Source: Alphaproteobacteria bacterium (GTDB lineage: Bacteria > Pseudomonadota > Alphaproteobacteria > CAAHEQ01 > UBA3637). Taken from it: a stretch of DNA of 64,000 bases. The stretch is from the NCBI GenBank assembly GCA_045605805.1, contig JAZUQR010000010.1, positions 32,001 to 96,000 on the forward strand. The letters run 5' to 3'. Of the stretch, positions 1 through 12,051 are shown piece by piece; the first letter of the stretch is position 1, and every line of letters begins with the position of its first letter. Under the pieces are notes generated by a model. That model did no database searches. It was not told where the DNA came from and worked only from the letters and a program-made list of their open reading frames with translations. The position numbers and the translations under genes were made by a program.

Positions 1-546
1 GATGCTTATTTGAAAGAAGCGGCTGCTCGTCGTCGTGCCGAAGGGGTGGCCACAGAAGATGATGTTGTTGAAACAGAATCCACTTTGAACACCGCTTTAA
101 CCCCTGATGAGTTTGACAAGATGGCCTTGGATGAAGAGTTTGTTTTGACTTTAACTTCGGCCGGCTATGGCAAACGCACCAGTGCCTATGAATATCGTAT
201 TACTTCCCGTGGCACACAAGGTGTGACCAACATCAAAACAGACGAAGGCAAGCGGGCGGCCGATGTGGTGGCCTCTATGCCTGTGAAAGCGGGGGATCAT
301 TTGATGCTTGTGACAGACGGTGGACAATTGATTCGCACTCGGGTGGATGATATTCGCATTGCCGGACGTTCCACAATGGGCGTGATTGTATTCCGTTTAG
401 GCAAAGACGAGAAAGTTGTTTCCGCTACCTGTATCAGCGACATGGGCGAAGAAGAAGCCGAAACAATTGAATCGGAAGAATTGACAACCGACACTCAACA
501 ACCTATTATGAATGAACAAAATGAATCACAAAAGGAGAATATATAA
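1..546 (+). CDS. gyrA: DNA gyrase subunit A, C-terminal part (5' end outside window)
   Basis: GyrA beta-pinwheel blades (GYGKRTSAYEYRITSRGTQGV, LMLVTDGGQLIR, GRSTMGV) and an acidic tail. Confidence 0.93.
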   Translation, partial: DAYLKEAAARRRAEGVATEDDVVETESTLNTALTPDEFDKMALDEEFVLTLTSAGYGKRTSAYEYRITSRGTQGVTNIKTDEGKRAADVVASMPVKAGDHLMLVTDGGQLIRTRVDDIRIAGRSTMGVIVFRLGKDEKVVSATCISDMGEEEAETIESEELTTDTQQPIMNEQNESQKENI

Positions 547-920
547 TGCTTTTATACGGACCAGAATGGATGCCAGATATCAAAAAAAACCTTCATGAAA
601 AACGATTGGATGGGACTTTTCGTTATACCATTTCCCCCCTTTACAGAAGGGATGTCAATGCATACACCAAAGAGGCCATTCAAGGCTTACAAGCCATGTT
701 AGCGGCAGACGGCATTCAATCTGTGCTTCACAGAGACAGAATTGCACAAGGCAAAATCCCCGCCAATACAGCCTATTTGGAAGTACGAGATTTGAAAAGT
801 TTGAATAATTTGGAAACTAGATTAAAAAATGTGGGCATCAAGTTAGCTCCAGACCGTTTCCTTGAAAAAAAAGAACCTTCGGCTTTATTGATGAAGAAAA
901 GGCGTCAAGGAGGTAGATAA
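546..920 (+). CDS. hypothetical protein, 124 aa, basic C-terminus (KKRRQGGR)
   Basis: AAGGAG RBS, start overlaps gyrA stop (TAATG); no recognised family. Confidence 0.7.
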   Translation: MLLYGPEWMPDIKKNLHEKRLDGTFRYTISPLYRRDVNAYTKEAIQGLQAMLAADGIQSVLHRDRIAQGKIPANTAYLEVRDLKSLNNLETRLKNVGIKLAPDRFLEKKEPSALLMKKRRQGGR

Positions 921-921
921 A

Positions 922-1122
922 ATGTGTCCTTGCCCTGTTTGTACCGGTTTATTGATTTTGCTGTGTCCGTTGTTGCTGTGGAAAAAACCACGGCAATGGC
1001 TGAACAAAAAAATCAACAAACATCACAAGGGATGTGTGACCTGTCAAAAGGCCGAGCATCACCATTGCCAACAAGAACATATTCCTTGTACTTGCGAAAA
1101 GTGTTCGCCTCATAAAAAATAG
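922..1122 (+). CDS. small Cys/His-rich membrane-anchored protein, 66 aa
   Basis: GGAGG RBS; MCPCPVC, hydrophobic segment, then HHKGCVTC...HHHC...CTCEKC. Confidence 0.6.
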   Translation: MCPCPVCTGLLILLCPLLLWKKPRQWLNKKINKHHKGCVTCQKAEHHHCQQEHIPCTCEKCSPHKK

Positions 1123-1332
1123 TTTTATCCGCAAAAAACTTATATATCCCCTTATTCGCCATTCTACACAAGCAGCTTCCCCTTTTTTCCAGCGACAAAG
1201 CCTGTTAGTTTTGATTCAACCTCACACACAGGAATCTTATTGCCTTTTGAATGTTTTCTTAAAACATTGCTTGTGGAGATAGCTGTTATCCTAGTGTTTT
1301 TTCTGTTTATCCTTTTCTTCCAAGAATGTCAA

Positions 1333-1364
1333 TAAAAAAAGCGGCACAAAATGCACCGCTTTTT
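1333..1364. terminator. intrinsic terminator downstream of groEL
   Basis: AAAAAAAGCGG-CACAAAATGCA-CCGCTTTTT stem with A/T tracts. Confidence 0.7.
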
Positions 1365-1384
1365 GTTGTTGAGAAAGGTGGTGT

Positions 1385-3160
<1,776 letters not shown>

Positions 3161-3162
<2 letters not shown>

Positions 3163-3448
3163 ATTCCAAAATGCCGAACACTTCGGATTCTTTCATAATG
3201 ACCAAGTCCTGACCATCTATTTTGACTTCTGTGCCAGACCATTTACCAAACAAAACTCTGTCCCCAACTTTTAAGGTCATAGGGATTTCATGGCCGGCCT
3301 CATCACGACCACCAGGGCCAACAGAAACAACCATCCCTTGTGACGGTTTTTCTTTGGCTGTATCTGGAATAATAATACCGCCGGCGGTTCTGTTTTCTTC
3401 TTCAATGCGTTTGATTACAACACGATCTAATAATGGTTTTAATTGCAT
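3161..3448 (-). CDS. groES: co-chaperonin GroES (start corrected to MQLKPL at 3448)
   Basis: [34 protein letters not shown]; AGGAG RBS. Confidence 0.98.
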
Positions 3449-3475
3449 GTACATTCTCCTTGTTTTGTACCATAA

Positions 3476-3506
3476 AGTATATAGTATCTTTGGGAAAAAT
3501 GTCAAG
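3476..3506 (-). promoter_or_regulatory. putative groESL promoter
   Basis: minus strand CTTGACA-N18-TATACT; the CTTG...ACTATAT arrangement could also fit an alphaproteobacterial sigma32 promoter. Confidence 0.5.
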
Positions 3507-3511
3507 TCTTT

Positions 3512-4105
3512 CTAGAACAATTTTATCAAGAAAAAAGCCCCTATCAGCAACACAAAAAACAAAATGCTGAGCCAACCAAGATTTTTTTCAATGTATTTTT
3601 GCATCGGTTCGCCCCATTTATATAATGCTGCTGCCACCAAGAAAAAGCGAAAACCTCGTCCTAGCATTGAAATCATCATAAAAAGGGCAAAGTTCATGTG
3701 CATCACACCACTTGTTATGGTGATTAGTTTATAAGGGAAAGGCGTTATTCCTGCCCCCAAAACAATCCATGCCCCATGCGCAATATAGGCTTGTTTCACA
3801 GTTTCAAACTCGTCCATCCAACCACACCAATTCAAAAACGGAATGGCCACAGCATCATACAAAAACATTCCAATTACATAACCAAAGGCACCGCCAAGCA
3901 CACTGAACAATGTGCACAAAAAAGCAATTTGAAAGGCTTTTTGACGCTGTTTCAAAATCAAGGGTATCATCAACACATCCGGTGGAATTGGAAAAAAAGA
4001 ACTTTCGGCAAAAGACAGTCCGCACAAAGCAGCAATCGCCCCTTTTCCAGACATCATTGACATTGTTTTATCATATAGCCAGCGCATCCCTTTTGTCCAA
4101 GTCAT
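3512..4105 (-). CDS. DedA/YqaA (VTT domain) membrane protein
   Basis: SFAESSFFPIPPDVL and GITPFPYK motifs. Confidence 0.92.
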   Translation of the reverse strand: MTWTKGMRWLYDKTMSMMSGKGAIAALCGLSFAESSFFPIPPDVLMIPLILKQRQKAFQIAFLCTLFSVLGGAFGYVIGMFLYDAVAIPFLNWCGWMDEFETVKQAYIAHGAWIVLGAGITPFPYKLITITSGVMHMNFALFMMISMLGRGFRFFLVAAALYKWGEPMQKYIEKNLGWLSILFFVLLIGAFFLIKLF

Positions 4106-4179
4106 TTTTCCCCTTTACAATTACGATTTTTTATTCTTAAATAATGTTGATATTTTATTTTATCTTGAAAGGAATTGCA

Positions 4180-4656
4180 ATGAAAAAAATACTCTGTGCT
4201 TTTTGTTTAACCGTTTCGGCCCTTGGGCTTACCGCTTGTGGAATTGGGGATACCAATACAACCTATCAACGCTATGAAATCGGGCAACAAGGTGTGGTTT
4301 CTACCGGACAAATTATAGCAATCAATCAAATTCAAACTGCTGGACAAAATGACATCGGCTCTTTGGGTGGTGCTATTGCTGGTGGAGCAGCAGGCAGTAT
4401 GATTGGTGGAAATACGGCCGTCAATATCATTGGTGCAACAGGTGGTGCTATTTTAGGTGGCCTTTTAGGTAGCAAAACACAAGAAGCCTTAACAAAAGAC
4501 ATGGCTTATGAGTTTATTGTACGCAAATCCAACGGTCAGATGATTAGTATTGTTCAGTCAAACGAATTACATTTACGAGTTGGTGATCAAGTTTTATTAT
4601 CAACAGTGAATGGCACAACTCGCATTCGTCAACAATTGGAAAGTTATCCTTATTAG
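4180..4656 (+). CDS. outer-membrane lipoprotein, glycine-zipper (SlyB/Pcp-like)
   Basis: lipobox LTAC, GGAIAGGAAGSMIGG glycine zipper. Confidence 0.85.
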   Translation: MKKILCAFCLTVSALGLTACGIGDTNTTYQRYEIGQQGVVSTGQIIAINQIQTAGQNDIGSLGGAIAGGAAGSMIGGNTAVNIIGATGGAILGGLLGSKTQEALTKDMAYEFIVRKSNGQMISIVQSNELHLRVGDQVLLSTVNGTTRIRQQLESYPY

Positions 4657-4670
4657 TTTTTCTTATTCAC

Positions 4671-4703
4671 AAAAAAATCCCCGACTTTAATCGGGGATTT
4701 TTT
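4671..4703. terminator. bidirectional intrinsic terminator
   Basis: AAAAAAATCCCCGA-CTTTAA-TCGGGGATTTTTT between convergent genes. Confidence 0.85.
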
Positions 4704-4706
4704 ATT

Positions 4707-7700
4707 TTATTCGGCCGATGCAAGAGCCATTTCTTTGGCGGTCACATAGTCAAACTTACCCGTTCCCAACAAGGGTGGTTCGTTTGTTGTGATAATGCGT
4801 GACGGCAAGCCCAATTCGGTCATCCCTACCCGTTTGAATAATTCAATCAACCGTTCTTTTGTGATTTCCTTACTTGTGGTAATCAGAACAATTTGTTCGC
4901 CTTTCTTTTCATCAGGAATGTTCACAGCCCCGCTGATAACATCCGGAAACTCTTTGGCGATTGTTTGTTCCACTGCCAACAAAGACACCATTTCTCCACC
5001 AATTTTGGCAAAGCGTTTGCAACGACCTTTAATGAAAATAAAACCATCTTCATCCACCGTGACGATATCACCCGTATCATACCAACCGTCTTGGGGTGGG
5101 TCTAATTTAAGCGGTTCGCTGTGACGCATATAGCCTTGCATTACATTAGGGCCTTTTAACCACAATTCGCCCCCTTCAGTAATCCCTTCCACAGGCACGA
5201 GTTTATATTCTATCCCAGGCACTAAACGCCCCACAGAGCCACCTTTTTGATGCAAGAAAGTGTTGACAGAAATAATTGGAGAACATTCGGTTGCACCATA
5301 GCCTTCCAATACGCGCACACCGAACTTTTCCTGCCACACTTTGCGGGTTTCATCTTTGATTTTTTCGGCTCCCCCTGCTACAATCCGCAATGTATTAAAG
5401 TCGTACGGATTGGCACAACGGGCATAGCCAGACAAGAATGTATCCGTTGAAAAGAATATCGTTGCCCGACAGCTTGCCGCAATTTCCGGAATAATTCGGT
5501 AATGCAACGGGGTGGGATACATAAAACTTTTTAACCCATATATCAAGGGTAAGAATGTACCTACCGTTAAACCAAACGAGTGGAACATCGGCAAACAGTT
5601 TAACATCACATCTTCGTCTGTCACATCAAAGCGTGACCACACCTGCAAACAGTTGGACAAGATATTTTTATGTGTTAAAAACACCGCTTTTGGTAATCCT
5701 TCCGACCCAGAGGTGAACAAGATGACCGCTGTATCGTTTGGTGTGGTTTTCATATTCTTTTTTGTTTGGTGATACAGTTTTTTTGGACACAACGCCCCCC
5801 AAACACCCATCACTTTATCCCATGTTTTCAAAAGCGGTTTTACATCTTCCAAATACAGGATTTTCACATCATTTTTTTGCAATTCTTCCACCACAGGTTC
5901 CAACTTGGCAAGCAGGACAACTTTTTTGGCGGTAATCACGGTTTCAATGCCCACTGTTTTACAAGTGGCCACAATGGATTTCACCCCGCTTGTGAAGTTT
6001 ATCATAGCGGGCACTTTGCCCATGGCGTGAAGCCCCATCACCGTTAAAGCACAGGTGTTAGATGTTGGTATCATAACGCCCATCACTTTATCCTTTGGAC
6101 AGGCTTTTTGAATCAAGCGTCCCAACACAAATGATTTTAAGAACATCATCATATATTTAACCGGTTTTCGTTCTGTATCTTCCAAAACGAACTTGCCACG
6201 ACCACGCATTTTCATCCCATCCGCCACCGCATCAAACACTGTTCTGTTCAGGTCGTATGTATCAAATTGCATTTGTGTAATCACATCATACAATTTTGAC
6301 GAACACTTCTCTCGTTTTTCCCGATTTGGCATGTCATCAGGACATTCAAAAGACACCGGTGGCAACACACTTAAAGTGATTTTTGGAAACCATCTGCGCT
6401 CACAATGACGGCCAATCACTCGTGAAAAGAGGGTATAACACGCCCCTTGAATACGAATTGGCACAACTGGGGCATCTGCCATCATCGCCATCATAGCAGG
6501 CCCTTCGTAAATCTTCATCCGGCTGTTGCCACCTTCTACTACCCCTTGCGGAAAAATCATGCACAGTTTATCTTGACGCAATTCTTCCACCATGGCTTTC
6601 ACAGCTAACGGGCTTCTGGCATCCAGAGGTTTAACATCCACCAAACTTGTCATAAACTTTACAACCAACTTATTCATTTTTTGTTCGCTGATGGTGAAAA
6701 CAATTTGTCTGTCTATAAAGGCAGAAATCAACAACACATCCATATATGAGGTATGATTGGTCACAATCAATGCTCGTTTGCCGGCTTTTTCAAGATTGTC
6801 CAACCCTTCAATTTTTGTGCGGAAAAACAGTTTTAACACTCGTCGCACCAATTGCCGTCTTTTCACAACAGGCAACAGGCGCACCATATAAGCTGTGACA
6901 AACAAGTTTAAGATAGCAAACACAATGATCGTATCCAATAAACGCAAGCCGATTAAACGCAAGCTGAGAACTAAAAGCAAGGCGCCTGCCACTGACATAG
7001 CGTTGATTAAACCGCTGAACGACATCATACGCCCCATCACTTTTTTTGGGGTACTTTTTTGCAACAATGTGTAAAACGGAATGGCATACATGGCGAACAA
7101 AACGCCCATCGCAAACACATCCACAATCACACGCCAATAGCGACCATGCTGTGTCAGCAATTTGAAAATTGTAATGGCTTTATTGACCTCTATATTTGCC
7201 AAGGCCCGAGAGGCAAAAGCAAAATCAAACAAAGCAACAGAAATAAGTGTGCCAACCCAGATCACTTGTGCCCCAAGAGGTTTTCGTTTGGCCAGATAAA
7301 CACTTAAAAAACTGCCCACAAAATAGCCAATTGGGAAAACGCCTGCCGTTAAAAAGGCCACCACTGACCAGCGGGCTTTCAAAATGCTTTGACCATATTC
7401 ACCAGACAGCATCAACACCAAAACGCCCACAACCCAAAACCATGCAATCCCTATCAAATAGGCCCATTTGTCATATTCAAATCGCAATGTTTTGTTTAAC
7501 TGAGCAAACACATCCATCGGATTATGAACCAATGGCGCAGAAGCATCCACTGGTTTTTGAGATGGCAACAAGGCTGTCACGCCAACACTGACAAATGACA
7601 ACGCAACAATAGACAAGCACATCCAATTTGGTGTCACATTATCCTTTAACACCATGGACAGCGCAACCGCAGCCACAGATGAACCAAACACGGCCACACT

Positions 7701-8129
7701 TTTAATCCATGCATTTGCTTTTACCCATTTTTTTTCAACAACCAAATCTGGTATCAAGGCATAATTTGCCACACGAATAACAGACGACAAAAAGCCCATC
7801 ACCCCCGCAATCAACATAAATAATGTGGCCGATTCCCAACCCGAAGCTAACCATGCTGTGGCAGCCACAAATACTTCCATTATGCGTGCAAGCAACAAAA
7901 ACTTCTTTTTGGATATCTTATCAGCCCAATTGCCTGCAAAGGTGCTGCCCACACAGAATGTGAGTGCAAAAAATATCGTTGACGGAATCACCACTGCCGG
8001 CACAGACAGTACCATTTGATAGGTGACGAAAAAGATGAATAATGTTCTTACAAACGATTCGGTCAATGCCGATAAAAAATGTGAAGCCAACAAAGGCGAA
8101 AAGCGTTTATTTAACAAATGTTCCCTCAT
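4707..8129 (-). CDS. aas: acyl-ACP--phospholipid O-acyltransferase / acyl-ACP synthetase fused to an LplT-like MFS domain
   Basis: N-terminal multi-TM region, NHTSYMD acyltransferase motif, FTSGSEGLPKAV and EGYGATE AMP-binding motifs. Confidence 0.92.
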   Translation of the reverse strand: MREHLLNKRFSPLLASHFLSALTESFVRTLFIFFVTYQMVLSVPAVVIPSTIFFALTFCVGSTFAGNWADKISKKKFLLLARIMEVFVAATAWLASGWESATLFMLIAGVMGFLSSVIRVANYALIPDLVVEKKWVKANAWIKSVAVFGSSVAAVALSMVLKDNVTPNWMCLSIVALSFVSVGVTALLPSQKPVDASAPLVHNPMDVFAQLNKTLRFEYDKWAYLIGIAWFWVVGVLVLMLSGEYGQSILKARWSVVAFLTAGVFPIGYFVGSFLSVYLAKRKPLGAQVIWVGTLISVALFDFAFASRALANIEVNKAITIFKLLTQHGRYWRVIVDVFAMGVLFAMYAIPFYTLLQKSTPKKVMGRMMSFSGLINAMSVAGALLLVLSLRLIGLRLLDTIIVFAILNLFVTAYMVRLLPVVKRRQLVRRVLKLFFRTKIEGLDNLEKAGKRALIVTNHTSYMDVLLISAFIDRQIVFTISEQKMNKLVVKFMTSLVDVKPLDARSPLAVKAMVEELRQDKLCMIFPQGVVEGGNSRMKIYEGPAMMAMMADAPVVPIRIQGACYTLFSRVIGRHCERRWFPKITLSVLPPVSFECPDDMPNREKREKCSSKLYDVITQMQFDTYDLNRTVFDAVADGMKMRGRGKFVLEDTERKPVKYMMMFLKSFVLGRLIQKACPKDKVMGVMIPTSNTCALTVMGLHAMGKVPAMINFTSGVKSIVATCKTVGIETVITAKKVVLLAKLEPVVEELQKNDVKILYLEDVKPLLKTWDKVMGVWGALCPKKLYHQTKKNMKTTPNDTAVILFTSGSEGLPKAVFLTHKNILSNCLQVWSRFDVTDEDVMLNCLPMFHSFGLTVGTFLPLIYGLKSFMYPTPLHYRIIPEIAASCRATIFFSTDTFLSGYARCANPYDFNTLRIVAGGAEKIKDETRKVWQEKFGVRVLEGYGATECSPIISVNTFLHQKGGSVGRLVPGIEYKLVPVEGITEGGELWLKGPNVMQGYMRHSEPLKLDPPQDGWYDTGDIVTVDEDGFIFIKGRCKRFAKIGGEMVSLLAVEQTIAKEFPDVISGAVNIPDEKKGEQIVLITTSKEITKERLIELFKRVGMTELGLPSRIITTNEPPLLGTGKFDYVTAKEMALASAE

Positions 8130-8286
8130 AAAAAAACTCCTTAATTCTTTTGTTTAGTTTGCCCTATTATATCACAATCAAAAAAAAATGCAAACAGCTT
8201 TCTCTTTACTGTGGAAAAAACGCTTGTTTTACGAGGGGTTTTCCTGTATAATCTATATTCAGATTTAATAAAAGGATATTTTGACT

Positions 8287-9807
8287 ATGATTTCTTGCAC
8301 CCATTCTGTAGCCTTTTCAGGTATTGATGTTCTGAAAATAAGCATTGAGGTTCAAATCACCAATGGACTTCCCAGTTTCAGCATTGTCGGCCTTGGCGAT
8401 AAAGCTATTGCCGAAAGCCGAGAACGAGTGCGTGCCGCTTTACATGCTATTGGTTTGTCTTTGCCCGCCAACCATATTACCGTCAATTTGGCACCGGCTG
8501 ATGTTGTGAAAGAAGGAACGCATTTTGATTTACCGATTGCCATTGCTTTGATGGGGGCGATGGGGATTTTAGAGCCTGAATCTATTTTTAATTATTTGAT
8601 GATGGGTGAACTTGGTCTTGATGGTACCATTCGTCCTGTATCTGGTATTTTACCGGCCAGCGTGGCCGCAACCTCGTATGAAATGGGCTTTGTTTGTCCA
8701 CAAGAGCAAGGGCCGGAAGCACTATGGTCGGGTAATGAAGCGATTTTAGCCCCACATACTTTGTTGGATTTTCTTAATCATCTTAAAGGTCATCAAGTTT
8801 TAACGCCACCACAACCTGTTTCTCCCCAAAATGCAGAAAGCTCGGCTTTGCTGGATATGAAAGACATCAAGGGGCAAGAAAGTGCCAAACGAGCTTTGGA
8901 AATTGCAGCCGTTGGTGGGCATAATATGCTTATGGTTGGACCACCAGGGTCTGGCAAATCAATGTTGGCTGCCCGTTTACCTTCTATTTTACCGCCCCTT
9001 TCTACCATAGAAATGCTGGAAGTCAGCAAAATCCATTCTGTTGCCGGTTTGTTAAAAGACGGCCAATTGGTGACAACTCGGCCATTTCGGGCACCACACT
9101 ATAATGCCAGCACACCGGCTATGGTTGGGGGTGGCTTAAAGGCCAAACCTGGTGAGATTTCTTTGGCCCACAGAGGTGTTTTGTTTTTGGATGAATTACC
9201 CGAGTTTTCCCGTCAGACATTAGAGGCCTTACGCCAACCTTTGGAAACAGGTGAAGTGGCTGTGGCACGGGCTAATTCACATATTACCTATCCAGCCAGA
9301 TTTCAATTTGTGGCGGCCATGAACCCATGTCGTTGCGGCTATCTTGGTGTGCCAGGGCATGAATGCGCCAGAGCCCCCAGATGCGCCCAAGAATATCAAT
9401 CTAAAATCTCCGGCCCATTATTGGACCGCATTGACATTCAAATTGAGGTGCCACTTATCAATCCGTGGCAACTGGGGCAATTGGAAGGCAAAGAAGATTC
9501 TGCCACCATTTTGAATCGGGTTTTAAGCGTGCGTGCTTTTCAAGGAAATCGCTTTAAGAATCTGCCCATTTACACCAATGCCCAAGCAGACGGCAAGCTT
9601 TTGGAACAGATGGCCAATTTATCGGATGAAGCTCGCCAAGAATTGATTCGGGTGGCCGAACAACTTCATCTTTCCGGTCGTGGCTTTCATCGGATGATTC
9701 GTGTGGCACGCACTATTGCCGATATGGACTTTTCAGAGGTGATTTTGAAAGTTCACATGGAAGAAGCGCTGTCATACAGAAAATCATATGCCAAAGGGGA
9801 GTTTTAA
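8287..9807 (+). CDS. comM: YifB/ComM family Mg-chelatase-like AAA+ ATPase
   Basis: GPPGSGKSML, PFRAPH, GEISLAHRGVLFLDELPEF, AAMNPCRCG. Confidence 0.92.
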   Translation: MISCTHSVAFSGIDVLKISIEVQITNGLPSFSIVGLGDKAIAESRERVRAALHAIGLSLPANHITVNLAPADVVKEGTHFDLPIAIALMGAMGILEPESIFNYLMMGELGLDGTIRPVSGILPASVAATSYEMGFVCPQEQGPEALWSGNEAILAPHTLLDFLNHLKGHQVLTPPQPVSPQNAESSALLDMKDIKGQESAKRALEIAAVGGHNMLMVGPPGSGKSMLAARLPSILPPLSTIEMLEVSKIHSVAGLLKDGQLVTTRPFRAPHYNASTPAMVGGGLKAKPGEISLAHRGVLFLDELPEFSRQTLEALRQPLETGEVAVARANSHITYPARFQFVAAMNPCRCGYLGVPGHECARAPRCAQEYQSKISGPLLDRIDIQIEVPLINPWQLGQLEGKEDSATILNRVLSVRAFQGNRFKNLPIYTNAQADGKLLEQMANLSDEARQELIRVAEQLHLSGRGFHRMIRVARTIADMDFSEVILKVHMEEALSYRKSYAKGEF

Positions 9808-10874
9808 TGATTCTGAACATTTGTATCGGGCTTTGCGGCTTGGGTTTTGGCCTTCTTATCGGATGGCTTTTCAGTATTCGGATTCGTGTGCGCTTAAAAC
9901 ATTCTGTACACTTTTTGAAAGCCTTGATTCAACAAAGTTCTGTGGCTTTTTTTTATCAGGATTTACACCATCCTCGCTCGGTTTTTATTTCTGCCAAACT
10001 GGCATTGACTTTTAATCTTAAAACACCCATCAAGTGGGCCGATATTTTATCCTGTTTTGAATTTGCCGAAGCCCAACAGCTGAATCAATCCTATTTAGAT
10101 TTAGTCAACAATGGCAAACCTTTTTCCTTTTTTTTAGAAAACAAAGCACTGGGGGCGCACTTTCTAATTGATGGAACTGCCCTTCACACCACGCATTATC
10201 ATGGTATTTTGATTTCATTTCACGATGTTTCCGAATTGGCCAACAAGTTGCATTTAAGCACTTTGATTGAACAACACAAAAACATTTTGACTCGGGCGAT
10301 GGATTCCCTAAACTTTCCCTTATTTATACGGGACAAAAATGGTTTAACTGTTTTTGCCAACAATGCCGTCAATTACGAAAAAACAAGCACTTTGAACGAA
10401 CTCAGTTGGCTCAGTCTGCCCTTTCAACTGGGGGATTCATATTACACTTTAACCTATGGGCAAGCCACCAAAACAGAAGAAGAACTCAACTTGATTTTGT
10501 CTAATATGGTGGGAGCGCAACGACGGCTTTGTGAGCAACTGCCCTGTGCTGTTTGTTTGTTTAATGCTAACGGCCAGCTGTTGGCCTGTTCGCCCAGCTT
10601 TGCAAAATTATGGCATTTAGACAATCGTTGGATTCAATCCGAACCCTCTTATGAAGATTATTGGGATGTCATTCAAGATAATGGCCTGCTTTCTCGTGTG
10701 TCTGATTTTGCGGAATATAAAAAACAACAACGAGATCAATTTGCCTGTTTAAGTCGGGCGCAAGAGGTTTATTTATACCTGCCCAACGGCAAAATTATCT
10801 GTCGCACTTTAATTCCTTATGTGCAAGGCTGTGTCATTTTGTTGGACGAAGATCATACTGATTTGAAAAAATAA
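9807..10874 (+). CDS. membrane-anchored PAS-domain protein (DivL-like sensor part, no kinase domain)
   Basis: N-terminal TM helix; PAS-like FAKLWHLD...EPSY...LPNGKII; ends without an H-box or HATPase. Confidence 0.6.
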   Translation: MILNICIGLCGLGFGLLIGWLFSIRIRVRLKHSVHFLKALIQQSSVAFFYQDLHHPRSVFISAKLALTFNLKTPIKWADILSCFEFAEAQQLNQSYLDLVNNGKPFSFFLENKALGAHFLIDGTALHTTHYHGILISFHDVSELANKLHLSTLIEQHKNILTRAMDSLNFPLFIRDKNGLTVFANNAVNYEKTSTLNELSWLSLPFQLGDSYYTLTYGQATKTEEELNLILSNMVGAQRRLCEQLPCAVCLFNANGQLLACSPSFAKLWHLDNRWIQSEPSYEDYWDVIQDNGLLSRVSDFAEYKKQQRDQFACLSRAQEVYLYLPNGKIICRTLIPYVQGCVILLDEDHTDLKK

Positions 10875-10944
10875 CTTTTTTTGCTTGACTTATGCTTTTT
10901 TATGTGTTAGATTCCTGCGCAAGTAATAAGCAAAGGAGGGCCTC

Positions 10945-11130
10945 ATGACCAAGGAAAAGTTAGCACTTTCTGACTTTTTTAAGACTCAAACCGTTGTTTT
11001 TGCCAGCGGGGTGGAGAATAAACAGGAGCATGACAAAGATTCAACTGACTTGCCTATCTGTCGCAGTTGCGTGAAAGTATCGGCAAAGTCTATTAAGCTT
11101 GTGAAGGCCCGCAAAGCATCCGCAAAATAA
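10945..11130 (+). CDS. small hypothetical protein, 61 aa (CxxC, basic tail)
   Basis: AAGGAGG RBS; TTGACT-N17-TAGATT upstream. Confidence 0.55.
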   Translation: MTKEKLALSDFFKTQTVVFASGVENKQEHDKDSTDLPICRSCVKVSAKSIKLVKARKASAK

Positions 11131-11170
11131 ACTTGCCTTTTTGTCAAAAGTATGCTATATTCTTTTGCGT

Positions 11171-11246
<76 letters not shown>

Positions 11247-11419
11247 TGTGATAAAGCCCTCTTTCAAATGAGGGCTTTTTCTTTTAACTGTAAGGTTTTC
11301 GCTGAGTCCAATAATGGCAACATCAAAAAATGCTAAAAATCGAGAATTATCGGACTCTTAAATCAAAAATAACCCCTATCGATATGGCAATAGAGGTTAG
11401 AAACTAAAGAAATTTCAAT

Positions 11420-11950
11420 TCATAATACAATCCACCAACGTTGAATAATATGATTTGGATTCTTGGGGTCTTCTTTTTCTGATTCAAGTATTCCCCCATT
11501 TTTTTGGATTACTTTTTGAGAAGCAATATTGTCTTTATAACATGTTATTAAAATTTTCTTTTCTTTTCTTATTTTATAAAGTTCCAAAACTTGTCTCAAT
11601 GCTTCGGTTGCATATCCTTTTTTCCGTTCTCTTGGCTTTATATAATAGGCAACATGCCCTAATCTTTCAAAATAATCGCCTGTAATTTTATACCGCATAT
11701 CCAAAGTACCAACAATCACTCCACTTTTCATGTCTAATATCCAATACAGACACGAAGGAACATCTCGTGGGTGAATGTTGATACCTTGTTCTCTGTTTTT
11801 TAATCTCATATACATTGTGGAATAATCCTCATCGGGACGATATGCGTGTCCCAATTCAGAAACCTCATTAGCACACTTTGCTTCATTTAATAAATCAATA
11901 AAGCTATCTTGCCATTTAGGTTGAGGATGTATCAATTGTATATTACTCAT
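11420..11950 (-). CDS. GNAT family N-acetyltransferase (cassette cargo)
   Basis: GHVAYYIKPRERKKGYATEAL, ILITCYKDNIASQKVIQKNGG. Confidence 0.9.
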   Translation of the reverse strand: MSNIQLIHPQPKWQDSFIDLLNEAKCANEVSELGHAYRPDEDYSTMYMRLKNREQGINIHPRDVPSCLYWILDMKSGVIVGTLDMRYKITGDYFERLGHVAYYIKPRERKKGYATEALRQVLELYKIRKEKKILITCYKDNIASQKVIQKNGGILESEKEDPKNPNHIIQRWWIVL

Positions 11951-12051
11951 TATTTATGGGAACTCCTAAAATTTTGTGCATAACACCAGTTGCACTTATT
12001 ATTACAAGAACGATTGGTTGTAAACCAAACAGTAGAAGGAATAATTTCCAT
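11950..12051 (-). pseudogene. 33-aa radical SAM N-terminal fragment (MEIIPSTVWFTTNRSCNNKCNWCYAQNFRSSHK)
   Basis: CxxxCxxC-Y motif, AGGAGGTG RBS, stop overlaps GNAT start (TAATG); too short for the ORF track. Confidence 0.7.

Noticed and set aside
3440-3520. CIRCE element upstream of groES
   Set aside because: No TTAGCACTC-N9-GAGTGCTAA match seen.
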